Positions 33,959 through 43,403 of a DNA stretch of 59,952 nucleotides are shown in pieces. Positions within the stretch are counted from its first letter, which is position 1, and the number at the start of each line of letters is the position of its first letter. Source of the stretch: a virus (taxonomy: Duplodnaviria > Caudoviricetes); IMG/VR virus record IMGVR_UViG_3300017747_001692, positions 1 to 59,952 of that record, one strand, 5' to 3'. The position numbers and the translations under genes were made by a program. The notes beneath the pieces are model-generated. The model was not told where the DNA came from and did not search any database. It worked only from the letters and a program-made list of their open reading frames with translations.

Positions 33959-34064
33959 GCGTCTCAAATTAGTACAGCGTATGCGTGTCCGCGTTAATGA
34001 AATGGCGACTTCTCTGCCCTAGAGTGGGGAAGTCGCCAACATTGATATGGAGATGGAGATTGAC

Positions 34065-34310
34065 ATGGCCCGCATACAGGACAAGTTGAGGAAGACCAAT
34101 CTCTTCATCGACCCCGCCTACCCCGTCAGCAAAAGTGTGCTAATTAACCCGGACGGCATTGAGGCCGCCGACCACATTGACAACCTCATCCAAAAACTGA
34201 GCCACATCACCCACCTTGCCATCAATCACGTTGACGATGAAGAGGTGAAGAAAGAGATCTGGCAAGCTTACTATGAAGCAGTGGGAGTTAAATATGACAT
34301 TAAATGCTGA
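34065..34310 (+). CDS. Hypothetical protein
   Basis: ATGGAGATTGACATG RBS; INPDGIEAADHI. Confidence 0.65.
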   Translation: MARIQDKLRKTNLFIDPAYPVSKSVLINPDGIEAADHIDNLIQKLSHITHLAINHVDDEEVKKEIWQAYYEAVGVKYDIKC

Positions 34311-34377
34311 GTTACAGATCGTGGGCGCCCTGATGCTGCTCATCACCGTCAACGTGATCATTGGGTGGGGAGGCTGA
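34294..34377 (+). CDS. Putative 27-aa membrane peptide
   Basis: [27 protein letters not shown]; GGGAG RBS; fills the gap between neighbours. Confidence 0.45.
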   Translation: MTLNAELQIVGALMLLITVNVIIGWGG

Positions 34378-34378
34378 T

Positions 34379-35005
34379 GTGTCTGATCCCAAAGACTACC
34401 GGATTGAGATTAAGGTCAAAAACAATCGCCTCCTGACCAAGATGGAGCAGGCGGGCTACCCCACTGTGGCGAAGCTTGCTGACACAATTGGTATGAATCG
34501 CACCGTCATATATCGCATCGTCAGTATGAAGTCTGCGGCGCTTGATGAGGAGGGTTATTACCGGCCCGAAGCTTTACGCATAGCGGAGTTCCTCAAATGC
34601 ACTCCGCAGGACATTTACCCTCCCGCGCAGATGCGTGGGACCATGAAGGAAAACAAGGCCCAAATAACGGCCAATGCAAATGAGGTTGACTCGCTCACCT
34701 CGTCCCTGCGGACGCTGGCGTTCTCGCCCGAGCGCAAGATGATCTTGAATGAAGCCAATCAAGCTTTAAAGGCGGCAATGATGACGCTGACGCCAAAAGA
34801 GCAGCGCATATTAGATTTGCGTTACGGGTTGACCTATGGCGAAGAAAAAACATTGGACGAAGTTGGCGCCATGTTTGGAGTTTCTCGTGAACGAATCCGT
34901 CAACATGAAATGAAAGCCCTGCGCAAAATGAGGCATCCGGGGCGCTCAAAAGAACTGCGGGAAAACCTTAACGAACTGACCATTGACCCGTTGGACCAAA
35001 AATGA
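34379..35005 (+). CDS. XRE-like HTH fused to sigma70 region 4
   Basis: C-terminus [14 protein letters not shown]...[28 protein letters not shown] is RpoD region 4-like; GTG start after GGAGG. Confidence 0.8.
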   Translation: MSDPKDYRIEIKVKNNRLLTKMEQAGYPTVAKLADTIGMNRTVIYRIVSMKSAALDEEGYYRPEALRIAEFLKCTPQDIYPPAQMRGTMKENKAQITANANEVDSLTSSLRTLAFSPERKMILNEANQALKAAMMTLTPKEQRILDLRYGLTYGEEKTLDEVGAMFGVSRERIRQHEMKALRKMRHPGRSKELRENLNELTIDPLDQK

Positions 35006-35385
35006 CCGACCTCGTCCAACAACTGCGCGACCGCATTGCAGAACTTGAGGAAGAAGTGCGTCAGCTTCGCGCCGATATGGTGCCGACTGACGCAACTTTT
35101 CGGGGTGTTCTGTCAAAACAGGAAGTGAAGCTCTTGATGGGCATCTACAGCCGCCCGATAGCCGACTACGCCTACCTCGACCGGATCACCGAGCAGGGCG
35201 ACAAGTACAGCCGCTACACCGACATCAACCACGAGGCCCTGCGCAACCGGGTGTCGGTCTGGAAGCTGCGCAAGAAAATGCGCGAGTATGGCATTGAGAT
35301 CAAAACATGGCGCGGCATTGGCTACTATCTGGATGAAGCTGACAAAGCAAAATTAAAGCAACTGATGGAGAAGAAAGATGATTGA
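35002..35385 (+). CDS. Coiled coil plus OmpR/PhoB-type winged-helix protein
   Basis: LSKQEVKLL...V.VWKLRKKM...[11 protein letters not shown]; no receiver domain. Confidence 0.72.
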   Translation: MTDLVQQLRDRIAELEEEVRQLRADMVPTDATFRGVLSKQEVKLLMGIYSRPIADYAYLDRITEQGDKYSRYTDINHEALRNRVSVWKLRKKMREYGIEIKTWRGIGYYLDEADKAKLKQLMEKKDD

Positions 35386-35722
35386 CAAAGATCGCACTTA
35401 CCGCACCCGCGATGGCCGTGAAGTCCGCATCTATGCGACGGATGGAAAATATCCGTTTGTTGTTCAAGGTGCTGTAAAAACAGAACATGGAGAATGGGAG
35501 CAAGTTAGCTGGACCAACGGAGGTAATTTCTTGTTGGTGAATGGCTGTCACAATGACCTCATCGAAGTCCGCCCCCGCCACAAGCGGACGGTGTGGCTGA
35601 ATGTGTATGATAACGGTATTCGCGAATGGCGCACGAAAGAAGACGCAGATCGTTATGCAGGCGATACCCGCATCGCCTGCATCAAGGTCGAATTAGACTT
35701 TGAAGAGGGAGAAGGGCTGTGA
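35378..35722 (+). CDS. Hypothetical protein
   Basis: YRTRDGREVRIYATDG pattern common in phage ORFs. Confidence 0.7.
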   Translation: MIDKDRTYRTRDGREVRIYATDGKYPFVVQGAVKTEHGEWEQVSWTNGGNFLLVNGCHNDLIEVRPRHKRTVWLNVYDNGIREWRTKEDADRYAGDTRIACIKVELDFEEGEGL

Positions 35723-35925
35723 CTGACACCCCCGACTCCATGCTAGTCCACTGCGGCTGGTGCCGCCACGAATGGTTTGCCCTTAAGCTGCCAATGCCCA
35801 TCGCTGAAGCGGCGGCGAAGATGATCGCGATGCGCTGTCCTGAATGCGACAAGGCCCTAATCTACTGCGGCCCTGCGCCAGTTAACACATCCGCAGAACA
35901 TGTTAAAAATAATGGGAGATCTTAA
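35719..35925 (+). CDS. Small CxxC-CxxC protein
   Basis: CGWC...CPEC. Confidence 0.55.
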   Translation: MTDTPDSMLVHCGWCRHEWFALKLPMPIAEAAAKMIAMRCPECDKALIYCGPAPVNTSAEHVKNNGRS

Positions 35926-35926
35926 C

Positions 35927-36115
35927 ATGAGCGATGATCTTGTGAAGCAATTACGATGGCTAGGAGACCATGCATCCTTCGAGCCCCACATGCACCACAC
36001 TGCCGCCGACCGCATCGAGCAGTTGGAGGCGGCGCTGGATGAAATAGTTAAGTACCTTCATGGGTATCCGCCCGCAGACATCGCCCGCAAAGCACTGGAG
36101 GGGAAAGATGATTGA
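35927..36115 (+). CDS. Hypothetical protein
   Basis: MSDDLVKQLR...AADRIEQLEAAL...ARKALEGKDD. Confidence 0.6.
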   Translation: MSDDLVKQLRWLGDHASFEPHMHHTAADRIEQLEAALDEIVKYLHGYPPADIARKALEGKDD

Positions 36116-36332
36116 AGACGTATTTCCAAAAGGGAAACTTGCGGCGCTTGATCCGGCGCAATACTGGGAAGCGCAAGCATCCATGTGGCATGAGACCTAT
36201 AAGGAGGCGGTCGTGCATGAAGGACCAGCACGACGGTTCCGTGAGGTTCTGGAGGAAATAGCAAAGGGGAGATTTACTGCCGAACGCCAGAGACAAATGG
36301 CTATCAAAGCATTGGCAAGGGAGATCAAGTGA
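36108..36332 (+). CDS. Hypothetical protein
   Basis: GGAGGGG RBS; coupled. Confidence 0.55.
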   Translation: MIEDVFPKGKLAALDPAQYWEAQASMWHETYKEAVVHEGPARRFREVLEEIAKGRFTAERQRQMAIKALAREIK

Positions 36333-36532
36333 TGGCCCTATGGGTTGAGGCGATTAACAGGATCACAAATTTGGCTGTGCTGAATGACGGCCAAATTTTA
36401 CCGATCACACACTGGTTTGAGGACGGAGGGGAATGCGAAGCCGAGGACGCCACATCCTGCGTATGTGGGCCGTGCGAAAGCGGATACTGGTACACTGTCG
36501 ATCTTTCTGAAATGGACGGGGTGATGCAATGA
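36329..36532 (+). CDS. Hypothetical acidic protein
   Basis: Coupled ORF. Confidence 0.55.
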   Translation: MMALWVEAINRITNLAVLNDGQILPITHWFEDGGECEAEDATSCVCGPCESGYWYTVDLSEMDGVMQ

Positions 36533-36804
36533 CTGAAGCATCACGGGTCCAGAATCTGCTCAATGAGCAGAATGCAGAGATTGACCGGCTCAAGAACCGC
36601 ATTGAGAAGCTGGAGGCGGCGTTGCGAAAAGTACTGATTGGCGGCAATCATGTCGCCCTGCTTATTGGCGTCGGCCACCCTTTGCACACAGTAACTCACG
36701 AAAAAGCTCTAGCCCACTACGGCGCTGGAGACGCTTACGAAGCATGGTGTTGTTGGAAAACAATAATGGACGCCCGCAAAGCGCTGGAGGGGAAAGATGA
36801 GTGA
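36529..36804 (+). CDS. Hypothetical protein
   Basis: RIEKLEAAL...ARKALEGKDE. Confidence 0.6.
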   Translation: MTEASRVQNLLNEQNAEIDRLKNRIEKLEAALRKVLIGGNHVALLIGVGHPLHTVTHEKALAHYGAGDAYEAWCCWKTIMDARKALEGKDE

Positions 36805-37009
36805 TTGGGTTAAAGAGTGCCGCGAGGAGGCGGCCAACACCTTTTACACGCCATTGAAGGAAGCATGGACGAATGTCGGCGACCACATTGAAAAATTAGA
36901 GACAGCCCTCCGCGAGGTCGCTAAGATCAACAATCAGCGCGACCGATTCAGCTCAGACATCGACGCCATTATCATTAACGCACTGGGAGAAAAAAATGAT
37001 GACGCTTGA
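36797..37009 (+). CDS. Hypothetical protein
   Basis: HIEKLETAL...NALGEKND. Confidence 0.55.
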   Translation: MSDWVKECREEAANTFYTPLKEAWTNVGDHIEKLETALREVAKINNQRDRFSSDIDAIIINALGEKNDDA

Positions 37010-37499
37010 AGAACTCCACGCACACTACAAGGCCGTCCGCGCCCGTTTGGATGGCGGTGTAAAGAAAGAGCCCGCATTCCGGCTCATCTACCCGGAGCCT
37101 CCCCCGGCGGTCTACCCTGACCCCATTGATGTTCCGACGCCTGCCACGGAGCCCGTTGCCGCCCCTGCGGCGGCCACTGAGACGCCCGCCCGCAGGATAA
37201 TGAATGAGGTGGCCGAGAAGCATAACATGCCCGTGGCGGCCTTCCGCAGCCAGAGCAGAACGATGCCCTTTGTGAACCTTCGGCACGAGGCCTGCTACCG
37301 ACTGAGCACGGAGCTGGGTTTTTCCCTCAAGCAAATTGGGCGCCTGATGGGCAACCGCGATCATACGACAGTAATGAACGCCATCAGAAGGCATAAAAAA
37401 ATCCTCGCCGAGGGTTACAAGCCCAAGACGAGGACCAAGTGCGTTTCGAGCGCCCGTGTCACTCAGGTGGAACCACAGACGCAACATGATCATGGATGA
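36996..37499 (+). CDS. DnaA C-terminal (domain IV)-like DNA-binding protein
   Basis: R..ACYRL...GFSLKQIGRLMGNRDHTTVMNAIRR, the DnaA signature. Confidence 0.8.
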   Translation: MMTLEELHAHYKAVRARLDGGVKKEPAFRLIYPEPPPAVYPDPIDVPTPATEPVAAPAAATETPARRIMNEVAEKHNMPVAAFRSQSRTMPFVNLRHEACYRLSTELGFSLKQIGRLMGNRDHTTVMNAIRRHKKILAEGYKPKTRTKCVSSARVTQVEPQTQHDHG

Positions 37500-37731
37500 T
37501 CTTGACGCCAAGAGCAAGGAGGCCCCCACCAAAAATGATGGGGGCCAATCACTATTTGGTGTAACGATCTTGGATCTGCGGATCTTCCACTGCCGCTACA
37601 TCGTCAACGAGGCGGAGGCGCTATTCTGTGGCGCCGAAGTGTACCGCGTCTCGTACTGCAAAGCGCACTATCGGCTGTGCTACGTCAAGCCTAAGCGCCC
37701 GCCGCCAGCGCCTGTATCTGCGCCGAGATAG
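37486..37731 (+). CDS. GcrA C-terminal domain-like protein
   Basis: ILDL...CRY......FCG......YC..H...Y pattern of GcrA. Confidence 0.7.
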   Translation: MIMDDLDAKSKEAPTKNDGGQSLFGVTILDLRIFHCRYIVNEAEALFCGAEVYRVSYCKAHYRLCYVKPKRPPPAPVSAPR

Positions 37732-37888
37732 CCGCAAGCTGCGCCTGCAACTCTTCCAGCGTCGGAGGAGCTGGTACAGGCTCCGGCGGCAAAGATGCGG
37801 CATAGGCAAGCGCCGCAGTCTCTTCCTCTGGCGTGTACTGGATGACCGTCACTTCACCCGTCTCGACGTTGACCTCAATGCGTTCCAT
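37691..37888 (-). CDS. Small tail-fibre-associated protein
   Basis: RIEVNVETGE...PTLEELQAQL; last gene of the fibre operon. Confidence 0.65.
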   Translation of the reverse strand: MERIEVNVETGEVTVIQYTPEEETAALAYAASLPPEPVPAPPTLEELQAQLAAISAQIQALAAGA

Positions 37889-37897
37889 GTAAGACTC

Positions 37898-38722
37898 CTA
37901 TTCATACAAAATGTTGATGCTACCGGCGTCGAAAGTGTCGGTGCCAGTGGTGGTAAAAATGCGCACATTATCAAGAGTTCCAGAAAGAGATACATTGCCG
38001 CCAATGGCAGACATACCGCCCGCCCCAGAATAAGAAACATTGCCATTAGCAACCCAAGTATTTGATGTAACATTATAAAAGAATAAAGCACCAGAACAAT
38101 TTGTTGCTGCGCTGTTGATGATAGAAGGAACTCCACTGGTGGAGCTTGCAACAGCAGTCGTTCCACTGCCACCTATAATTCCGCAGTTGCCAACGTATCC
38201 AGTTGTTGTTGGAGTTCCGCCAGTCCCAATTTGAAACAAGAGATTGCCGGTACTACTCAAGCTGACGCCGTTGAGCATTATAGTGATGCGCTTTACCCAA
38301 GACGGGATGTTCAAAAATCGTAAGCCAATAATTGTGATTGTCGTAGAAGCGACGGTTTGAGACGCGCTGACCGTATAGGTTCCAGTGCTTCCAGAGCCGG
38401 TTCCTAATGCTGTGATGGTTGTACCTGCGGTTACACCCGTACCAGTGATAACCTGTCCAACAGCAATCGTGCCAGATGCAACCGCAGTCACCGTCATCGT
38501 CGTGCCGCTAATAGAAGCAGTGAATGACGTTGTTGCTGTTGAGACGGAAGTGCCACGCACGATCTTCTGCGTCGATGACCACACAGACCCGTCCGCAGTG
38601 AACAGCACGTTGCCCGCAGTCGTTGGCGACACGCTTGCGCCAAGCCCACCATAGCCGCCAGCGAGAATGCCAGAGCTACTAGCCCCCTGCGCCATGACTG
38701 ATATGTTGCGAGAGATGGTCAT
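37898..38722 (-). CDS. Tail fibre/spike-like protein
   Basis: Thr/Gly-rich; C-domain paralogous to the C-terminus of 38733-41369. Confidence 0.7.
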   Translation of the reverse strand: MTISRNISVMAQGASSSGILAGGYGGLGASVSPTTAGNVLFTADGSVWSSTQKIVRGTSVSTATTSFTASISGTTMTVTAVASGTIAVGQVITGTGVTAGTTITALGTGSGSTGTYTVSASQTVASTTITIIGLRFLNIPSWVKRITIMLNGVSLSSTGNLLFQIGTGGTPTTTGYVGNCGIIGGSGTTAVASSTSGVPSIINSAATNCSGALFFYNVTSNTWVANGNVSYSGAGGMSAIGGNVSLSGTLDNVRIFTTTGTDTFDAGSINILYE

Positions 38723-38732
38723 GAGTTATCCC

Positions 38733-41369
38733 TCATTCATACAGGATGTTGACGCTTCCTGCGTCGAAGGTGTCTGTCGTGTTAACCGCTAAAAGTTGAA
38801 CGCGGTCCAATACACCGGCCAACGATAGCGGGATATAAACCGTAGTTTGAACGCCGTTTTGCGCGGTTGTCCCGCCGTTACGAGTGGCCGTGCAGGCATA
38901 GTTCCAGACATTCCCGGTTATATTGTACAGCGTAATAACGCCAGAAATCGTACATGTGTTGACAGAATAGCCGCCAACAGTAAACGCTGTTGTTGCAGCA
39001 GCGCCGCCCGCCGCGACACTTGATTGAGAAACAAAGGCGCTTGATCCTACATACCCTGAAGTAACGAATGACCCAGAACCAATTCGAACTGAAAGATCAG
39101 ATGTCCCACTTGTGCTTAAGGCGTTCATAAGAATCGTGATGCGCTTAACCCAAGCAGGAAGCCCCGTAAATGAAACGCTAGTGCCGCTGGCTGAGACAGA
39201 TGTACCCTGCACAATCTTCGCTGTCGATGACCAGTTTGTCCCATCAGTCGAGAATATCGTATTGCCAGCAGTCGTTGGCGACAATGACGCGCCAAGACCG
39301 CCATTGGCAGTGGGGAGAATAGTTGTGCCCTGAATGCTTGTGGAACCAGTCCACGTCGCTATCTGCCCGTTCGTTGGTGTGCCCGTGATCGTCACGCCGC
39401 CAGTGAACGTACCGATGTTGATTGCGACTACATCGACAATGTCGCCAGCCGCTGCCGCAGACGCCAGCACAACGGTGGTGCCGGTGGTGGCCGTGTAGTC
39501 GGCGCTGTTGAGCAGGATTCCGTTCACATAGACCTGAACGTAATTGACCGTGTAGTTGGCCGTGAAGCTGGTCTGACCGGCAGTCGCTGTGATCGTGGTG
39601 CGGGTATAGGTGCCGCCGGGCACATTCACCGTGACCGCAGTGCCAACCGCCGAGGCCGTGACGCCGGAACCAGTGAAATCAAAGCTGGTGACGCCCGAAG
39701 TGAGAAGCGACCCCTCGTCCGACACCGAGATGCTGCTTCCACCACCGCCGCCAGCCGGACCTGTGGGACCAGTCGCACCAGTCGCGCCGACATTGCCAGC
39801 AACGCCGATGTTCCAAGAGGTGTAGGTGCCAGAACCGCCGAATGCGTCAGAGGTGATGACGAGCGTCGTGCCACTGAACGAGGTGATGATCCCCTCGACG
39901 TAGTTCGCGGGCGTCACTGTATAGGCGATGCGGACACGCTCACCAATCGCAAAGGCTGTCTGAGTGTCAGAGAGATTCGTGGTGAACGTCAGCGAACCCG
40001 CGCCAACAGCATTTGAGGTGCTGCTGGTCAGTCCAGCGTAGCCGAGCCCGTTTGGACCCGTGGGGCCGGTGCTGCCCGCGCTTCCGCTGGTCCCGGTCGG
40101 GCCCGCGCTTCCGGCGTCTCCCGTGGGGCCAGTTGGGCCGGGCACAGTAGAGGACGCGCCAGTCGGACCCGTTGGCCCGTCGATTCCCGCCACGCCCGTG
40201 GGGCCTGTAGGCCCGGCAACTGTGGAGGCACCTCCGGTCGGCCCGGTCGGCCCTAGGTCGCCTGTGGGGCCTGTCGGGCCAGCTACAGTCGATGCCGCGC
40301 CAGTGGGGCCGGTTGGCCCTTGTGCGCCAGTCGGGCCACTCACGCCATTCACGAGCGCCAGAAACAGCGTCTGCCCGCTGGAGAAGTTAGTGGTGCCCGT
40401 GCCGCCGGATGCCGTGAGCGTGACCGGGTATGTCCAGTAGGCAGTGGCAGTGCCGGGGTTCACGCTAGTTGGGGTGCCAGAGATCGTCCATGTCTGGTAG
40501 TCCGAACTGCTACTCTGGCTCTGGATGACGATCTGTTCGCCAACGGTCAGGAGCGCCAGAAAGATGTCCACGTCCACGTTGTTGTCAGTCAGGTGGCTGA
40601 CATTGATCTGCGTGGCGCTGGTCTGGGTCGAGGCATTCCAGAGAATGTCACCGTCACCCGGATACCCCGAGGTGATGCTGGTGTTCGCCCGGTACAGGAA
40701 CAAGTTTGAAGATGTGCCAGCCGCGCCAGTGGGGCCAGTGGGACCGGGCGTTGTCGAAACAGCGCCAGTGGGGCCAGTCGGGCCAGTCGGGCCAGTCGGG
40801 CCGACGACCGTAGAGGCCGCTCCCGTGGCTCCAGTCGGGCCGATGCTGCCAGTTGGCCCCGTAGGCCCAACAACCGTAGATGCGGCTCCCGTGGGGCCCG
40901 TAGGCCCGTCTATGCCCTGCACACCCGCAGGCCCCGTAGGCCCGGTTGCGCCGCTTCCCGTAGGCCCCGTGCTGCCCGTAGGCCCGATATCGCCGTTTAC
41001 GCCCGTAGGCCCCGTGCTGCCCGTGACGCCCGTGGGGCCGATAGTCCCCTGCGGGCCGGTCGGGCCGGGCACAGTAGAATCCGCTCCCGTAGGCCCCGTA
41101 GGCCCGAAGCCGCCGGTCGGGCCGGTGCTTCCGGTCGGCCCAGTGACGTTGGATGGCGCCCCCGTTGGGCCGGTACTGCCAGTCGGGCCGGTCGGGCCTT
41201 GGTCCCCGGTGGGGCCGACGCTTCCCGTGGGACCGGTGGGGCCGCCAACAATCCCAGCTATGTCTCCAGTAGTCGTGCGCCGTGACGTGCCAGCCTGAAC
41301 AATCTCAAGCTGCTCCGTGCCGTTGAGGGCCGTAGCTGCGGGGAGCAGAGGGATTTGTGCGTTTGCCAC
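38733..41369 (-). CDS. Collagen-like fibre protein
   Basis: Three G-P-T collagen tracts interrupted by globular beta domains. Confidence 0.85.
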   Translation of the reverse strand: MANAQIPLLPAATALNGTEQLEIVQAGTSRRTTTGDIAGIVGGPTGPTGSVGPTGDQGPTGPTGSTGPTGAPSNVTGPTGSTGPTGGFGPTGPTGADSTVPGPTGPQGTIGPTGVTGSTGPTGVNGDIGPTGSTGPTGSGATGPTGPAGVQGIDGPTGPTGAASTVVGPTGPTGSIGPTGATGAASTVVGPTGPTGPTGPTGAVSTTPGPTGPTGAAGTSSNLFLYRANTSITSGYPGDGDILWNASTQTSATQINVSHLTDNNVDVDIFLALLTVGEQIVIQSQSSSSDYQTWTISGTPTSVNPGTATAYWTYPVTLTASGGTGTTNFSSGQTLFLALVNGVSGPTGAQGPTGPTGAASTVAGPTGPTGDLGPTGPTGGASTVAGPTGPTGVAGIDGPTGPTGASSTVPGPTGPTGDAGSAGPTGTSGSAGSTGPTGPNGLGYAGLTSSTSNAVGAGSLTFTTNLSDTQTAFAIGERVRIAYTVTPANYVEGIITSFSGTTLVITSDAFGGSGTYTSWNIGVAGNVGATGATGPTGPAGGGGGSSISVSDEGSLLTSGVTSFDFTGSGVTASAVGTAVTVNVPGGTYTRTTITATAGQTSFTANYTVNYVQVYVNGILLNSADYTATTGTTVVLASAAAAGDIVDVVAINIGTFTGGVTITGTPTNGQIATWTGSTSIQGTTILPTANGGLGASLSPTTAGNTIFSTDGTNWSSTAKIVQGTSVSASGTSVSFTGLPAWVKRITILMNALSTSGTSDLSVRIGSGSFVTSGYVGSSAFVSQSSVAAGGAAATTAFTVGGYSVNTCTISGVITLYNITGNVWNYACTATRNGGTTAQNGVQTTVYIPLSLAGVLDRVQLLAVNTTDTFDAGSVNILYE

Positions 41370-41404
41370 GTTCTAGTCTCCAACGCACCAAAGCATGACT
41401 ACCA

Positions 41405-41488
41405 TTATTTAGCCTCTAACGCAGCAAGACGAGTCTCAAGCGCGTCGTTTTTGGCGGATAGTTCTTGGATAGTCATACCAAGTTTCAC
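41405..41488 (-). pseudogene. Orphan coiled-coil tail resembling the end of an S74-type fibre gene (or a mini-ORF)
   Basis: VKLGMTIQELSAKNDALETRLAALEAK*. Confidence 0.45.
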
Positions 41489-41502
41489 GTTACTACCCCT
41501 CA

Positions 41503-42891
41503 TTACGGACCAGCGTCACGCCATGCGCCGCCGGAATAGAAATATAGCTTGTTGTTGGTAGTGTTGACCACTATGGGGGCCATGCCCGTTACGGCTGTTG
41601 GCGTCCCTGTTGGCGTTCCGGCGCAAGTAGGAACATACAAGAAGCCGTTGGTAGCCGTGGTTGCTAGAGCAACAGACCCGCCAGCAATGACGTTGCCGCT
41701 GGAGTCGATGCGCATACGTTCGTTACCGCCGTTGGTAGAAAACGCAATAGCATTTGCACCGTCATTACGAATATTGAATAGGCCACCCTGATCCATGTAA
41801 ATGATGCCCGTGTAGGCAACATTTACGTTTTTCCAATCCGCTCTTGCCCAGTTAGCGGCAGAAGCATCAGAAACAAAAACAACATTTGGATTGTATGCAT
41901 CGTTCGCTACAACGGCCAATCTGCCATAGGTGCTTGGAGAGCTAATCCCAATCCCCACGTTACCGCTGGAGTCGATGCGCATGGATTCTGTTGGAGTTGA
42001 GCTACCTGTCCGTACAGTAAAGTGGTATCCACTAATTGTTGGTCCGATACCTGACTGGTCATAAAACTGACTGTTGCCTGCAATAGTTGTTGGATTTGAA
42101 GCCAATCCAACACGCAAGGCCCCGTTCACATCTAACTTTACTCCCGGCGAACTCGTCCCAATCCCCACGTTGCCGCTGGTGTCGATGCGCATTGCTTCTG
42201 AGCTGCTTAACTTCCATACGTGGTATGAAGCATCATTGGATTTGTACACATACGCACTTACGGCAGCGTTAGTAGACACCTCTTGCGTGAAAGCGGCGTT
42301 GTTCACTTCCAAGCGGATTTGTGACGTGCTTGTTCCACCGTTGACGACAAGCTTGGCACCCGGCGAACTCGTCCCGATCCCCACATTCCCCGACACCGCC
42401 AGACCATTCGTCCCGACGCCGGTAAGGGTGGAGTAGCCAATGCCGACAGTGCCGAGGTCGGTGCCAGAAGTAGCGCCGATGCGCACTTGTTCAGAGCCAC
42501 CAGTGTGAAATGTCATCGGCAAATAGGTGCCGGTTCCATTTGCGCTAGAAAAAATACGAATATCGGTATTTTTGATTAAACCGATTCCACCAGCGGAAAA
42601 ATTCGCTGCTGTCGCGTAATTGCTGTCTCCAACTATTAATTGCGCGGCACCAGCACCTGTAGACGTTGTACCATTCTCAACGGCAGCAATGTTTGTTTGC
42701 GTATTTGAAGTGCTTGACTGAAATAATATTCGAGTATTAATCGCTCCAGAGCCAAAATTGCCAGTGATGCGCGCACCAGTGCCGGTGAAGGTCAGGTTCG
42801 CACCCAACGAAACGTTGCCACTAGCATCGTTGACGATGTTGTTCGTCGTTCCAGAAGGATGGATGACGTTGATGGTCTTTAACGTGCTAAT
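41503..42891 (-). CDS. Tail fibre protein (MRIDSSGNVGIG repeats), probable ATT start
   Basis: Repeated E.MRID.SGNVGIG; frame open to 42891 where AGGAGG-N5-ATT occurs. Confidence 0.75.
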   Translation of the reverse strand: MSTLKTINVIHPSGTTNNIVNDASGNVSLGANLTFTGTGARITGNFGSGAINTRILFQSSTSNTQTNIAAVENGTTSTGAGAAQLIVGDSNYATAANFSAGGIGLIKNTDIRIFSSANGTGTYLPMTFHTGGSEQVRIGATSGTDLGTVGIGYSTLTGVGTNGLAVSGNVGIGTSSPGAKLVVNGGTSTSQIRLEVNNAAFTQEVSTNAAVSAYVYKSNDASYHVWKLSSSEAMRIDTSGNVGIGTSSPGVKLDVNGALRVGLASNPTTIAGNSQFYDQSGIGPTISGYHFTVRTGSSTPTESMRIDSSGNVGIGISSPSTYGRLAVVANDAYNPNVVFVSDASAANWARADWKNVNVAYTGIIYMDQGGLFNIRNDGANAIAFSTNGGNERMRIDSSGNVIAGGSVALATTATNGFLYVPTCAGTPTGTPTAVTGMAPIVVNTTNNKLYFYSGGAWRDAGP

Positions 42892-42911
42892 GGTAGCCTC
42901 CTATTAGGTTA

Positions 42912-43244
42912 TTAGGCAGAAGCCCAAGGCAGCGGGGGCGTCACAACAGGCGGGCTCACCTGATCAGCGATGTTCGCAGCAAGGCCATCTTCAATGCTGG
43001 TGACTTGTTCAGGCCCCATAGCATCCTGCACCCAACCAATGACCTGTGCCTGCGTCAATTGAGCGTAGGGCGTGTAGGGCGAGCCTGCGACGTAGGTGAT
43101 GCCAACCGTGCCGTAGACGCTTGCGTTGTAGGTGCCGTCAGTGGCGTTGACGCGCCAGTGGACAGTAAACACCACATCCGTCTGGCCCTCAGCCTGCGGG
43201 TAGCAGTTCATCTGCTCGATGACCCAAGTGTTCGTGATGCTCAT
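42912..43244 (-). CDS. Tail-fibre-associated hypothetical protein
   Basis: DVVFTVHW...PYAQLT...VIGWV...PLPW. Confidence 0.7.
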   Translation of the reverse strand: MSITNTWVIEQMNCYPQAEGQTDVVFTVHWRVNATDGTYNASVYGTVGITYVAGSPYTPYAQLTQAQVIGWVQDAMGPEQVTSIEDGLAANIADQVSPPVVTPPLPWASA

Positions 43245-43393
43245 TGCACAATCTCCTCAGTTGCAGGCTGGCTCAGTTGAGCCTGCGCCTGTTCGCGAAT
43301 CTTCTGGATCAACTCAGCAACCTGCACATAGGGCGCATTGCCGAGTGCCTGCATGATGGTGTTGACTTCGTTAACCGTTAGTTCCAGCTTCAT
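43241..43393 (-). CDS. Small hypothetical protein
   Basis: MKLELTVNEVN.I.QALG..PY.QV..LI; GAGGGG RBS. Confidence 0.7.
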   Translation of the reverse strand: MKLELTVNEVNTIMQALGNAPYVQVAELIQKIREQAQAQLSQPATEEIVQ

Positions 43394-43403
43394 GTTATCC
43401 CCC

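Noticed and set aside
34003-34038. tRNA or terminator at the TGGCGACTTC...GAAGTCGCCA hairpin
   Set aside because: Single hairpin without a U-tract or cloverleaf; function unsupported
37898-39300. Diversity-generating retroelement TR/VR pair
   Set aside because: The paralogous fibre C-termini differ at all base types and no reverse transcriptase is present
39760-41245. Tandem DNA repeats or CRISPR-like array
   Set aside because: The 9-nt periodicity is explained by Gly-Pro-Thr collagen coding
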